From contig CM060733.1 of assembly GCA_030704615.1 (NCBI GenBank), forward strand, positions 61,194,001-61,258,000: a DNA stretch of 64,000 nt, read 5' to 3'. The notes beneath the pieces are model-generated. The model was given only the letters and a program-made list of their open reading frames with translations, searched no databases and had not been told where the DNA came from. Made by a program: the position numbers and the translations under genes. This document shows, in pieces, positions 1 through 11,105 of this stretch; position 1 is the first letter of the stretch, and each line of letters starts with the position of its first letter. The DNA is from Takakia lepidozioides. Its lineage: Eukaryota > Plantae > Bryophyta.

Positions 1-564
1 AACATCACTAGGGGCGGTACAACGGCTGCAATCGACTTTACCTGGAGGAGCCCCATGACTCATGAGCTAGTTCTGAGAGCAGTCGAAGTCCCATTGACAA
101 CGTGACTTGTATTCAGTAGGCACAGGGCTAAAGATTTGATTGCACAATCAGCACAGTAGACGTGCTTCAAATGCAATTCATGTGGATCAATAAAAACCTC
201 ATTGTGCCCTCTTTTTATTCTATTCTGTGTCCATCGTTCCGAGAATGCGTCATTGCTCATTTCGTTTGGGATTGGGAGTGTGGGTGGATTTTGCAAGTGG
301 CTGGTAGGCTGAAATGGGCCCCCATTGTACAGAGCAGTACCACCCTTCTATTCGCGAAACATTGCCTTTCAATATATAATTCTAAATAACATTGCCGAAC
401 CTCCTTCATCGGGAGGTCCTTCTCCCCCTATGACCGTGGCACCCTAAACCCTATTCCCGCGGACACTCTTTTCCGGAAAATAGTGTTGCTCATGTTTTTT
501 TCCACACTTACGACTCTGCTCGTGGCTCATGGCTCGTGGCTCATGGCTCATGAAATAGCAGCCC

Positions 565-2029
565 CCCTTGAGGTCATCCAAGATGTCCACCCCCATGTCA
601 CTGACTGGAACAAGTTCAGGGAAGTTCTCTACCTAACTTCATTTTCATCAAACAATCTCATGGCAACAGACATGGCTTCCGACACTACAGCCTCTAAGTC
701 AGATTTATCCAGCAGGGTCAAGACTTGCGGATCCAGGTCAAGGTCCTTGAGAATCTTTTCTACTCTCTTCTGCCAGGACTTCGCCTGTTTGACAGGGTTT
801 AGGGTTTCCAAGATATAGAGTCGATTAACTTAGGATATCCGGTGTTGGGCATATGTTGCAGCTGACCCCACCATCTGACCTTGATTTCATCTCGTCGGGA
901 GCTTAATGATGGAATGCCAAACTCTCCCCGAACAGCCACATTGGCTGTTTTGGAGCATGCTGACATACACTCCTTAAGCGCCCCCACTTGAATGGATTCT
1001 AGAGACTTAGCCTGGTTGGAGTTATCAACCCATATAGCATATCCGTACTCCAAGGCAGGTCTACTAACGCGAGAAAGCATGGTTTTCTTAACCTCAGAGT
1101 TGACCCCTGTGCAGTGGAAAATTTAGTGAGCCCCAGAGCTTTGCCCATTTGGTGAGAGAACCCCAGACAGTGTATCAGAAAATGAATATTGTCTTCAGAT
1201 TGCCCACACAATGGGCAGTGCACTCCCCCTTTCCTCTCTGCTTCTGTTTGTTGTTCAAAGGTAGGCTTCCTGCCCTGAGTTTAAATTTCAGTCTAGTGCC
1301 GAGAGTGGGTGGACCCTTGAGGTCATCCAAGATGTCCACCCCCATGTCACTGACTGGAACAAGTTCAGGGAAGTTCTCTGCCTAACTTCATTTTCATCAG
1401 ACAATCTCATGGCAATAGACATGGCTTCCGACACTACAGCCTCTAAGTCAGATTTATCCAGCAGGGTCAAGACTTGCGGATCCAGGTCAAGGTCCTTGAG
1501 AATCTTTTCTACTCTCTTCTGCCAGGACTTCGCCTGTTTGACAGGGTTTAGGGTTTCCAAGATATAGAGTCGATTAACTTAGGATATCCGGTGTTGGGCA
1601 TATGTTGCAGCTGACCCCACCATCTGACCTTGATTTCATCTCGTCGGGAGCTTAATGATGGAATGCCAAACTCACCCCGAACAGCCACATTGGCTGTTTT
1701 GGAGCATGCTGACATACACTCCTTAAGCGCCCCCACTTGAATGGATTCTAGAGACTTAGCCTGGTTGGAGTTATCAACCCATATAGCATATCCGTACTCC
1801 AAGGCAGGTCTACTAACGCGAGAAAGCATGGTTTTCTTAACCTCAGAGTTGACCCCTGTGCAGTGGAAAATTTAGTGAGCCCCAGAGCTTTGCCCATTTG
1901 GTGAGAGAACCCCAGACAGTGTATCAGAAAATGAATATTGTCTTCAGATTGCCCACACAATGGGCAGTGCACTCCCCCTTTCCTCTCTGCTTCTGTTTGC
2001 TGTTCAAAGGTAGGCTTCCTTCCCTCAGT
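565..2029 (-). repeat. Head-to-tail tandem array (749-bp period) of a LINE ORF2 3' fragment (RTE/RTEX-like)
   Basis: ORF pairs offset by exactly 749 bp (799..1080/1548..1829; 999..1223/1748..1972), with only a handful of mismatches by eye. Peptides RPALEYG (post-RT), KFKLRAGSLPL and CPLCGQSEDNIHFLIHC (CCHC knuckle) are typical of LINE ORF2 C-termini. Confidence 0.85.
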
Positions 2030-2034
2030 GAAAC

Positions 2035-2220
2035 ATTACATGTGTGCGACTATCAATTATGGCGATTGCGCATGTAAAAATAATAAATATGTACGTAAAA
2101 CATTTTTAAAAAATAATAAATTACATGCGCTTGTCAATTATGGCGATCATATATATTTAAAAAAAATAAAAATACATGCGACCCTCATAATTGACATTTG
2201 CGCATATATATATATATATG
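2035..2220. repeat. AT-rich degenerate palindromic repeat stretch ending in (TA)n; same family as 23570-24210
   Basis: Motifs such as TGCGACTATCAATTATGGCGATTGCGCA resemble the GCAACCGCCAAATTTTGGCGGTTGC units at 23570-24210. Confidence 0.5.
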
Positions 2221-2224
2221 ATGA

Positions 2225-3050
2225 CATTTCCCAATAACATACCTCAATGTACACATCCTCGCTACAACTCAGAAAATACAATAGAATATTATCGGGGGAT
2301 AAGTCGTTGTGCATGATGTGATTTTTGTGCGCTTCGCTGGTTAGAAAGGCCCATGCCAATTTGGTGCGCTGGCGTCGAAACCGCACCAACCTCCCTATTT
2401 CCTCCACGTCCTTATCCGACAGTCTCAGCAATTCCTAGTGGTCTCTCTCATCGGTCGACCATTTGTTTCAACATTCGCGTATGTTCTCCTCGTTCCACCA
2501 TAATGTGTACCCTTCGAAATCCCATGGATTAGCAGCAATAAACTTGATAATTCCATGGTGGGAGAATAACAGTGTCAAGGCCTCATGCTCAAAGCTCATG
2601 TCTGGCAATTTCTCCTTTGCTTTCCTTATGTTTTTTCCCTCCTAAAATCCAATCCATAGGAATCCGCGGATCACCATGGATTCACACTTGAATTTGTCCG
2701 AAACCACCTTACTCTCTGCCATCAAAGGGGGTACCCGGGTTCTATTGTTGGAATAAGACTTGGACATATCCTCCCAAAATTCTACAAGTTTAGTTCCACA
2801 AACAAAAAGAAGTCATTTTCCCAATTTGGCACCCGCCCTTCGGTTATTTTCTTAATAACCATTTCCACGAGTTGCTTCGATTTCCATGTCGCATTATTTC
2901 CCCGACTCTCTACCCATTCTATGAATTTGGATTTCATCCCATCCTCGTCATTTTCCCTCCCTGCCATAACCTCCCTCATTCTTCTCTCCATATTTTCTTG
3001 GAACTTCATGAACCCCGGGTAGCCGTGGCGAACGTACGCATTCTACATGT
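2225..3050 (-). pseudogene. Degenerate intronless protein kinase fragment
   Basis: Manual translation gives HEALTLLFSHHGIIKFIAANPWDFEGYTLWWN, then a frameshift, then KLAWAFL..HIMHNDLSPDNILLYF..VYIEVCYWEM. This matches a kinase catalytic loop HxDLxxxN and a degraded D(F/W)G region. Stops and frameshifts are present. Confidence 0.65.
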
Positions 3051-3320
3051 GTGACACATCTGTTTTTTTGAAGTAATCGCACACCAACTCCCTCACCAGC
3101 TTCATCGCCTTCGGTCCTGGAAAATTTTATTTCTGTAGATTGCGATTCGGTTGGCTCCCATGCTTTTGTTTTTTGCCCCGGCCCCTGCTTCCCGAGGAGC
3201 TTCCTACCATTGTATTCGACGTCGTTTCCGACATTGCGCAGACCTCAAAAACACCAAATGTTTTTGAAAACTCTTCCTCCACCCTAAAATCCTGGAGTCT
3301 CTATTGGGACCCAATCTCCT

Positions 3321-5759
3321 AGGTGTCCCTTCTGCAAGCCATACTTGCACAAACCCCTCTTTACTGTCTGAACAACTCTCTCTGCCAAGCCATCGCCCTC
3401 AAGATGATCCTGAGAAGTGGTGCGGTGGTCTATCAAGGCCTTGTCACACAAAGCCTAAAACTCCCCCAAGAACTCTCTCCCTTGGTCCGTGACTACCTCA
3501 GCTGGAGCACCGAATCGGCTAAGCACACAATCCAAGAATGCATACGCAGCTCCCTCACTAGCCTTATCAGGCAATGGAACCAACTCAATCTACTTGGAGA
3601 AGTGCTCCACCATCACCAACACGTACTTGTTGTGGCGCATGGTCAGTGGCAACGGCCCTGCGAAGTCAAGACTCCACCTGTAGCCCAATCCCATGATCGG
3701 AAGAGGGTGCAATTGTGGAGTAGGGGCGTTGAATGAAGCACGCACCCTGTCACACACCATGCACCTAGCCACAAATTGTTGCACCTCTGTGTGCATACCA
3801 CGCCACCAATATTGCCCCTGCAGTAGATTATGAGTGCGTCGCACCCCAAAATGCCCCAACTCCTCATGGGCATGCCGCACTAACCGTGCCCGTTGTGTTG
3901 GGTGAGGCACAATCCTCACTCGACCATCCTCCCACACTCGGAGCAGGTGTGTCCCCTCCCACCTGAACCTCTTGGCTCGTTGTAGGATCCGATCCCTCTC
4001 CTTGGCAGTCACAGTGGTTGTCGTGTCTCTAGTGCGGAGGTAGTCCAACACAACTGAATCCTCATGTATATCTTTGGCGCCACCTTGCTCATTGCTGGCC
4101 TCAGGGTCCTCAGACACTTGATCCACAGTCATCCCAGTTGCAGGTCCAACCTGGCCTTCCGCTGCCAAGATACACAGAAATGCAGATGCATGCCATCCAG
4201 GCACCATCTCCTCGTCCATCTCACCATGCCACCGAGCTCCAGTGTCATCCTGTTGGCTCGTGCATGGATTGCGACTCAACCCATCTGCATTGCGATTGAC
4301 CAAACCCGGTCGATGCACCACCTGAAAGTCATACTCTTGAAGGATGAGTGCCCACCGTGCAAGCTTCCCCGTAAGCTTGTCTGACTCCATCAACCACTTG
4401 AGTGGTTGGTGATCCGTGACAAGGGTGAAGAGATTGCCGTATAGATAGCACCTGAAGTGTGCCACGACCCACACTGCAGCTAAGCATTCTCCCTCATATG
4501 AGCTATACTTAGACTCTGCAGCATTGTTCGAGCGGCTAGCATAAGCCACTATGAACTCTCTCCCCTCATCATCCACCTGTGTGAGCACCGCTCCAAGCCC
4601 CAGCATGCTCCAATCTGTATGCAGCTGAAAAGGACGCCCCCTGATAGGTCGTCTCAAGATGGGCGCCGAGGTCAACCTCGCCTTGAGCTCTTGAAAAGCT
4701 TGTTCTTGCTCATCTTCCCACTGCCACTCCTGGTCCACCTTGGTCAGCTTGGTTAGAGCCTTTGCAATGGCACTAAATCCCTTAACAAACCGTCTGTAAT
4801 AGTTTGCTAACCCCATGAAAGCTCGAACTCGGCTCACATCCGTGGGGCGTGGAACCTGTGCAATGGACTCTACCTTAGTCTGCTATACCCCAATCCTCCA
4901 GGATATATCATGCGACCCAGATACTCAATCTGGTTGTGGAAAAACTTGCACTTGCCCGGATGTAACTTCAATCCGTGCGTCCTCAAGCGCTCAAATACCC
5001 CCTGAAGGTGTCTCTCATGCTCCTCCAACGTAGCACTAAAGATGATGATGTCATCTATGTAGCACCGAGCAAACTCCACCCCTGCTAGAATCCTGTCCAT
5101 GACTCTTTGAAACTCAGCGGGAGCGTTTTTAAGCCCAAATGGTAGAACCGCCACTGGTATAGGCAATCCTTCCCGTGCTCATTGATCCCCCAGAATGCCG
5201 TCTTTTGCTTATCCGCCTCCTTGATCGGCAACTGGTGATATCCGGATCGTAAATCCAACGTGCTAAAGACCTTGGAATGCCCAATGGCATCAAAGATCTC
5301 CTCTGGTGTCGGCATGGCATACCTATCGGACTTGGTCTGACGATTTACAGGCCGGTAATCACCGCACATACGTCTCTCCGTCCAATTGCCATAGACATCC
5401 TTCTTGGCTGGCATCACTGTGGCTGAAGCATACTCTCCACCAGAGAGCTCCACCAAACCTGCCTCCCAGAGATCTTGAGTCCTCCTCTGAATCAAAGACC
5501 TCTCCATGTCACTGTATCTATAGGGTCTCCGAAAGATTGGCGTGTCAGTGGCAAACTCAATACGGATCTCTTGACCCTTCAGTGCTCCCAAGTCCTTCAA
5601 ACTGAAGGCAAAGCAATTCCTGTAAGCCCTCAGGAACCGCCGTATACGTCGTCTCTCTCCTCCGGTGACAATGGGTCCAATGTCAGGCTCCCAATTGTCC
5701 TCCGTAACTGCAACCTTAAGTCCAGTGGGCTTAGAGGTAGAGGACGCGTCCCGTAGTTG
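3321..5759 (-). pseudogene. pol: Gypsy RT - RNase H - integrase (frameshifts and stops; truncated)
   Basis: RMCGDYRPVN, TLDLRSGYHQ, PFGLKNAPAEFQ, YIDD, RAFMGLANYYRRF, HEELGH..CMVC, SLDFAGP. Manual reading of 3323-3590 gives VVTDQGREF and GLAERVVQTVK. Confidence 0.92.
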
Positions 5760-7010
5760 CTATGCTGCAACCTCTTGAGCAGTACTTCCTTCCTGCTCAG
5801 TCAATGACAAGGCCTCATCCTGCCCCATCATCTCATCATTGAGCACCTCCTCATCCCGAGAAGAATCCCCAACCTCATCCATCACAGCTGCCTTGGCTGC
5901 CAACTCCCTCTGAACCTCGAGCACCTCCCACGTGTGCCATGGATGTCTACACCCCGTGGTCCTCACCGGCTCGCCCCCACGCGCTGCCTGTACCGTCTCG
6001 GTAGGCAGAGAGACCGTCAAGGGAAGTGCACTCCGCACTCTACGTTGCTCAGCCATAGCCAAGCTGATATTCCAGGTCAAGCAATTGAGATCCATTGCTT
6101 GCCCCAACACCTGACGACGTGATGCCTCAGAAAGAGAAGGCACCGCCGTGGTCCCAGTGGAAAATCCCATAGCCCGCTCTCGCTCATCGGCATTAGGCTC
6201 CACTAACTGTTGCAACTGAGCATCCCACAGGAGGCCAGGTCCACCATCCCGAAAAGCATGGAATCCTGGGAAGCTGAGAAGTGTAGGTAATGCTGCTCGT
6301 GGTTGACCCACCCTATTGACCACTGCCAAAGGCGAACGGTCATCGTGTCTCACACGTTGAGACTGCCTCCCTGTGTCCAAAATGCTGTCCACTATGAGGT
6401 GTGTTGGCCGCTGCACCCCATCAAATGCACGCTTGAGCAGTGCGGGTGGCATCAAGTTAGTCCACCATAGCCGTGGACGATGAGCCCGTGATCCCACTGC
6501 AGCTGCATCCAGCAGCACTGCTGACCCAAGCCACGACCGGACTTGATGCACACTGGCCATCACCCTGGCCCGAGAATCGCCCATCAGTGGCACATTCTCT
6601 AAGATGTATGCTGGCGATACAACTTGATGAAGCTGCAAGTGGCGCAAAATCCACACCATCTCCCAAAACAGACCCGTCCTCGAGTCTCGCAATCCATTGC
6701 CATGCCCGGCTGATGAATGCCCTTGGCAGGGCCAACCTGCCACTACTAGATCAATGGAGCCAACCTGCTCCAAATCCGGCGCCCCCAGCAACGAAATGTC
6801 TGCTGGCAAGGCTTGTTGGTATCCACGAACTGCAGACACTGGCAACAAAGCAGGGTACTGCTGTACCAACTGAGCAACATGGCGCAGTGAGACGCGTCGT
6901 GTAGTCTCATCCCTCTCCACATACAGGTAACGCCTTACCCGCACACCTGCCTGTAGCACAGCAGCCAATCCGGTGCTGATCCCGCCAAACAAGTCCAGAA
7001 GGCAAATGCC
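5760..7010 (-). CDS. DNMT3-like C5 cytosine DNA methyltransferase domain embedded in Gypsy Pol (domain itself stop-free)
   Basis: Motif I LLDLFGGISTG, II YVE, IV DLVVAGWPCQG (catalytic Cys about 6726-6728), VI ILENV, VII-VIII LDAAAVGSRAHRPRLWWTN, IX ERERAMGF, X RRQVLGQAMD, in non-permuted order. Same frame as RT ORF 5085..5600, separated by one TAG at 5760-5762. Confidence 0.93.
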   Translation of the reverse strand, partial: GICLLDLFGGISTGLAAVLQAGVRVRRYLYVERDETTRRVSLRHVAQLVQQYPALLPVSAVRGYQQALPADISLLGAPDLEQVGSIDLVVAGWPCQGHSSAGHGNGLRDSRTGLFWEMVWILRHLQLHQVVSPAYILENVPLMGDSRARVMASVHQVRSWLGSAVLLDAAAVGSRAHRPRLWWTNLMPPALLKRAFDGVQRPTHLIVDSILDTGRQSQRVRHDDRSPLAVVNRVGQPRAALPTLLSFPGFHAFRDGGPGLLWDAQLQQLVEPNADERERAMGFSTGTTAVPSLSEASRRQVLGQAMDLNCLTWNISLAMAEQRRVRSALPLTVSLPTETVQAARGGEPVRTTGCRHPWHTWEVLEVQRELAAKAAVMDEVGDSSRDEEVLNDEMMGQDEALSLTEQEGSTAQEVAA

Positions 7011-7306
7011 TTCATCCGGATACTACCACACAATAGGTGTGGTATCCAATGGTGACAACTGAGGTGGTCCTGGTGCAATACCCGCACTCTCCTCCTCTCT
7101 TGACGGTACAAAAGCCTCTACCCAGGCTTGTTGCACCCGTCGATCAGCAACCTGCTGCAAATCCTTGCTCGTACCCCACAATGGAGTGTGAGCAACCATG
7201 GCAGGCAACTCCGCCATACCATGCATGTCATCCTGCTCTGCTGGAGGTGGCACATCCTCTGCATGGGCATTGCCTTCCAGCAACTCTCCAGGCCAACTAA
7301 CTGCAG

Positions 7307-8509
7307 CTATAAGGCGGCTAGTGTTGGCATCTTGCCCCGCTGGGCAGCCGCTATACCCCCAATGAATGTCACAGGGAGTTGTGCACGGCGACCATCGCCT
7401 GACTGCCATCCAGGCCTGTAGGATGCTGACTCCTCCCAAAAGTCCAGGGTGAAGCCGGGGTATAACACTGCCCCACCAACGAGGACATCGTAAGAGACCG
7501 CGTCTGTCACAATGGCCTTGGCTCGCATTACTGAGCCATCGATAGGATGATCCGGCTGCAGTCTAATGGCCAACTGATGCCGTGTCATGCCCCGAGCCTG
7601 CTCTGATCCTCCCAGAGACGTCTGTATCTGGAAAGGACAAGGCTCCATATCCGCCTCCATGAGGCCCAAACCTGCAATAGCAGCTCTGCCCAACATCAGT
7701 GGCTGAGCTCCCGAGTCCAACAAGACCCGCAGTGGCCGGTACTTCTTGCCTGCCGGTCCACTCAAAGTGAAAATGCCTCCCTGGTTGTCTAACAAGACAA
7801 CTCCAGGTGTCACCATGGCGCGCTCAAAGGCTAGCCTAGCTGGCAGCTCCGTCAACCTGGCAGCTGCAGCTTGCCAGGGCGCAGCCGTGGCAGTCTTGAC
7901 CCTCAAATCCGAGGATCCCTCTGCCACTACACCTTCCACTAACTCCACAGAAGATGAAATGACCTCCCCACTCTCACAGAGTGTTGCTGCTAGTCTGAAC
8001 ACTGCAGCTGGCCTTACCCCCGGCGTCGCAATCATGGTTGCCGAGAACAGTGGGGCTTGACACACAGAGGTGGCTGCCTCCAATAACACACCGGCTGCAC
8101 TAGCCTTGGTAGCAGGTGTCAGTGCTGCACGTGTAGCTCTCCCCAATGGCATAGTATGCTCCGCCTCGGTAACAGTCGGACGAGAACTAGGTGCCATGGA
8201 TGGCGTCAACACAGTCTCCGCCAATGTGAATGACTGAGGAAGCCTCGCCTGACGGCTTGCCTCCCCATGCTGTGGATCCAATTCCACCTCTGCACCTCGT
8301 GGCTCAGGAACTCGTGCTGCTCCTTGAGTCACGGCTGCAGCAGACTCCACCTGCTCTAGTGGTAGTGCTGCTCCGCACATGAATCCCATGCCTCCCATAT
8401 CTCCTCCCTCAGGAGCAGGAGGTGGACCATCCCACCTGGGAGCCGGTACCGCCTGAGCTATAGCCATGGCAGCAAGCCTCTGCTCTAGCTGCTGAAGCCG
8501 GTTGGCCAT
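7307..8509 (-). pseudogene. Gypsy Pol N-terminal region with aspartic protease
   Basis: LRVLLDSGAQPLMLG active-site motif and YDVLVGG. In frame with the gag tail across the TAG at 8525-8527. Confidence 0.8.
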
Positions 8510-9956
8510 GCCTTGATCAACACCCTAACCTCCGCGTCCTTGGCCAAGTTGAGCTTGCCCTTGGCCTACACCTCGTGCCCGACCACCTCGTCCTCTCTGG
8601 GCTGGTCCACCTCGCCCCCGGCCACCATTGTTCCCTTGGAACTGGCCTGGGCGCAACTCAGGATGCAAGTCATAACACTGGGCATCTCCATGCCCATACT
8701 TGCCACAATGCCCACACTGCAACTGTGCAGGCTGTGCTTGTCATTCTCTGGTAATTCTCTGGGCAATCTCTCTTGACATGGGGTCCTCCACATGTCCAAT
8801 ATATCACCCCTGGTTGTTGTTGGCCTGCAAAAGACGCCACGGGCCTCTGCACCTGAGGTCCCCTGTAAGCTCCATGGAACTTGGGTTGGGCAACCTTGCC
8901 CCCCTGACCACGCTGTTGGGCAGTCCCTTGTGCCTGTGGGCTGACAGCTGTGCCCCGTGCAGGCATGTCCTTGCCAAATCCAATTGTAATAACTCGCTCC
9001 TCTACCATGTTGAGCTCAATCCGTTCAGCCAGCAGAAACACATCTGCTAATGTGGGTTGGGCTGCTTGTAATAGGGTTGCATCTCGCACCCTTCTCTTGA
9101 GCTCCTTGTCCAGAATTCCATACCAAAACTAGATTGCCTGAGCTTCAGTAACCCCTTGGGTCACACTTATCAAGCGCCTCATACGAGTGTACGTCTCTCG
9201 CAGGCTCTCACTGGGTTTGCGCTGGAAGTCTTGCAAACTTCGCAGCTTCTCTGTCCGTACACCTTGGTAGTTCCTCCGCAACTCCTGGAAGAACTCCACC
9301 ACCGGGTTGAATCTAGGCACATGTGTTGTAGTCGTGGCAGGAGGAGTAGTAGCACCTTTTGAACTGATACCACCTACAGAAGTACCAGGACTACTTGCTC
9401 CACTACTAGTGCTGGCAGTGGGAGCTATTGGTACTGATGCAGCTACTGGTCGCATCGTGCCTCGAGAAATGGAGACGTAGTCAGGTGACCAATACATCCT
9501 CCACTCCTCAATCTCTGCTTCATGTCCTCGCCTGAACTCATGGTAATCGTCCATAGGCGGGCCTTCCAAATGCTGGAACAGCCCCTTCCACGCCATGAAT
9601 GGGGTGAATAGCTGTGGATTGCGCATCTGCTGCAAATCACACCAGCTGTCGAACTCCTAGATAAAGTTATCCAACTCGATTGTGCCCACAGCTCCAGAGT
9701 ACCTACGAGGCCCCTTGGTAGCTCCATACATCTCTTCCATGTCGTCCCACAACAATGGCGAATGAAAGTGCACATCTGTTGATGAAGCCTCCGAGTCTGT
9801 GTCTGACTCTACAGTAATTGAGGGTGGCGGTGAAGGTGGTCTGAACCGAATACCTCGTCTTGTGAACCCACTCTCACTGTTACTGCCTGTAGCCGTAATC
9901 CCCTCAAAACCCTTGGGTAACTCCGTAATGACACTCACAATGTGCACCTCCTCCAC
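8510..9956 (-). pseudogene. gag: Gypsy gag (in-frame stops and a frameshift)
   Basis: ORFs 9657..9956, 9129..9635 and 8670..9089 share one frame, split by TAG codons, then shift to 8525..8722. Knuckles WTCGGPHVKRDC and CGHCGKYGHGDAQC, plus an RGG-rich tail. Confidence 0.8.
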
Positions 9957-10789
9957 GTGACACTATAAGGCTCTAGTACTAATCTAATAGTGACACGGGT
10001 AGGCACCTGTTGCAGTTTAAGGGTCATATCCCAATGGCTCAGGGCACCTGCACCTGCATCCACCGCAAGAACTCATATGGTTGGCTGGTCATCAACCCAG
10101 CCTCACTATAGAAGAAACACTGGTGGTCTTGCTGGTCATCACTCCAGCCTCACCACCGACAGCATACTCTAGGATTGACCGGTGATCAAATCCGGCCTAA
10201 TCCCTATGAAAGCAAGCGCCCACACAAAACCAACATGGCGCACAGTCAAGCATGCAGGTGTTGGGGGGGATCCAAACACAAGAAATCAAAACATCAACAC
10301 CCCCACACCAAGATCCAGTTGCAATGTTGATCCTACAGAATAGCCCAGCCCAAAACCCCGGACTGACAAGAATAGAAGCCCGACCAAGCAAGATCTAATC
10401 CTGATCTATGCTATCAACTGCCAGACTTCTCTCAAAGTGCCTCGCTCTGCATGATGGTAAGGTGTAGGAGGTATATCTATGTCCAGAAACCTGCCACTAA
10501 CCTTGTCCCAAGCTACAGTAGCTCGCTCTAACCAACCCTCCTCCTTTTTCTGCCAGGTAGAGACAAAGCAATACTCCCCTATCTCCCGCTCACTGAACAC
10601 TAAAGAAAACAAAGGTAGGGTCTGATAGTCTCTCAACTCGAAAGCTTTGAGTCGGTTGCGGGTGTCCTCATTGCGAATGACTGCATCTCCTTCACGCACA
10701 ACAAACATGTCATTGCTGATGAACCCCCGCTCCGTGGTTGCCCTGTGCAGAGCGTATCCGGCTGCAACCATGTCTGATTGCACAAACTT

Positions 10790-11105
10790 GTGTAGCTCCT
10801 GCCACAGTGGACACCCCTCGTACTCGAATGTCATAGGGCAGAATGCCATTCAGGGATGTATGCGAGAATTGTAACTGGTCAAAGCAATATGGAGTCACAA
10901 AATGAGCCACCTGACCCCAGGCATGAACACCAGCATCTGTGCGGCCTGCAGCGCAAAGAAGCAGCTGATCACGTGTGCATCTGGTCACCTTGGCCAGTGC
11001 ATCCTCTACCAAGTACTGCACTGTCACACCGTTTGCCCTTGACTACAGTCGCCACCCTGAGTAATTGGTGCCTTCATAGGAGATCACCAACCTCCATTTC
11101 CATGT
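10790..11105 (-). pseudogene. truA: Captured intronless N-terminal fragment of tRNA pseudouridine synthase A (TruA/Pus1 family)
   Basis: KWRLVISYEGTNYSGWRL*SRANGVTVQYLVEDAL..AAGRTDAGVHAWGQVAHF..LNGILPYDIRV. ORFs 11043..11309 and 10710..11027 are in one frame with a single TAG. The catalytic GRTDxGVHA motif is intact and the C-terminal half is absent. Confidence 0.9.

Noticed and set aside
6-485. CACTA element (CACTA...TAGTG)
   Set aside because: The inverted match is only 5 bp and there is no 3-bp TSD (CAT vs TTG).
5760-7010. Bacterial restriction-modification methyltransferase or contaminant
   Set aside because: It is in frame with retrotransposon RT, has DNMT3-like motifs, has no restriction partner and sits in a eukaryotic context.
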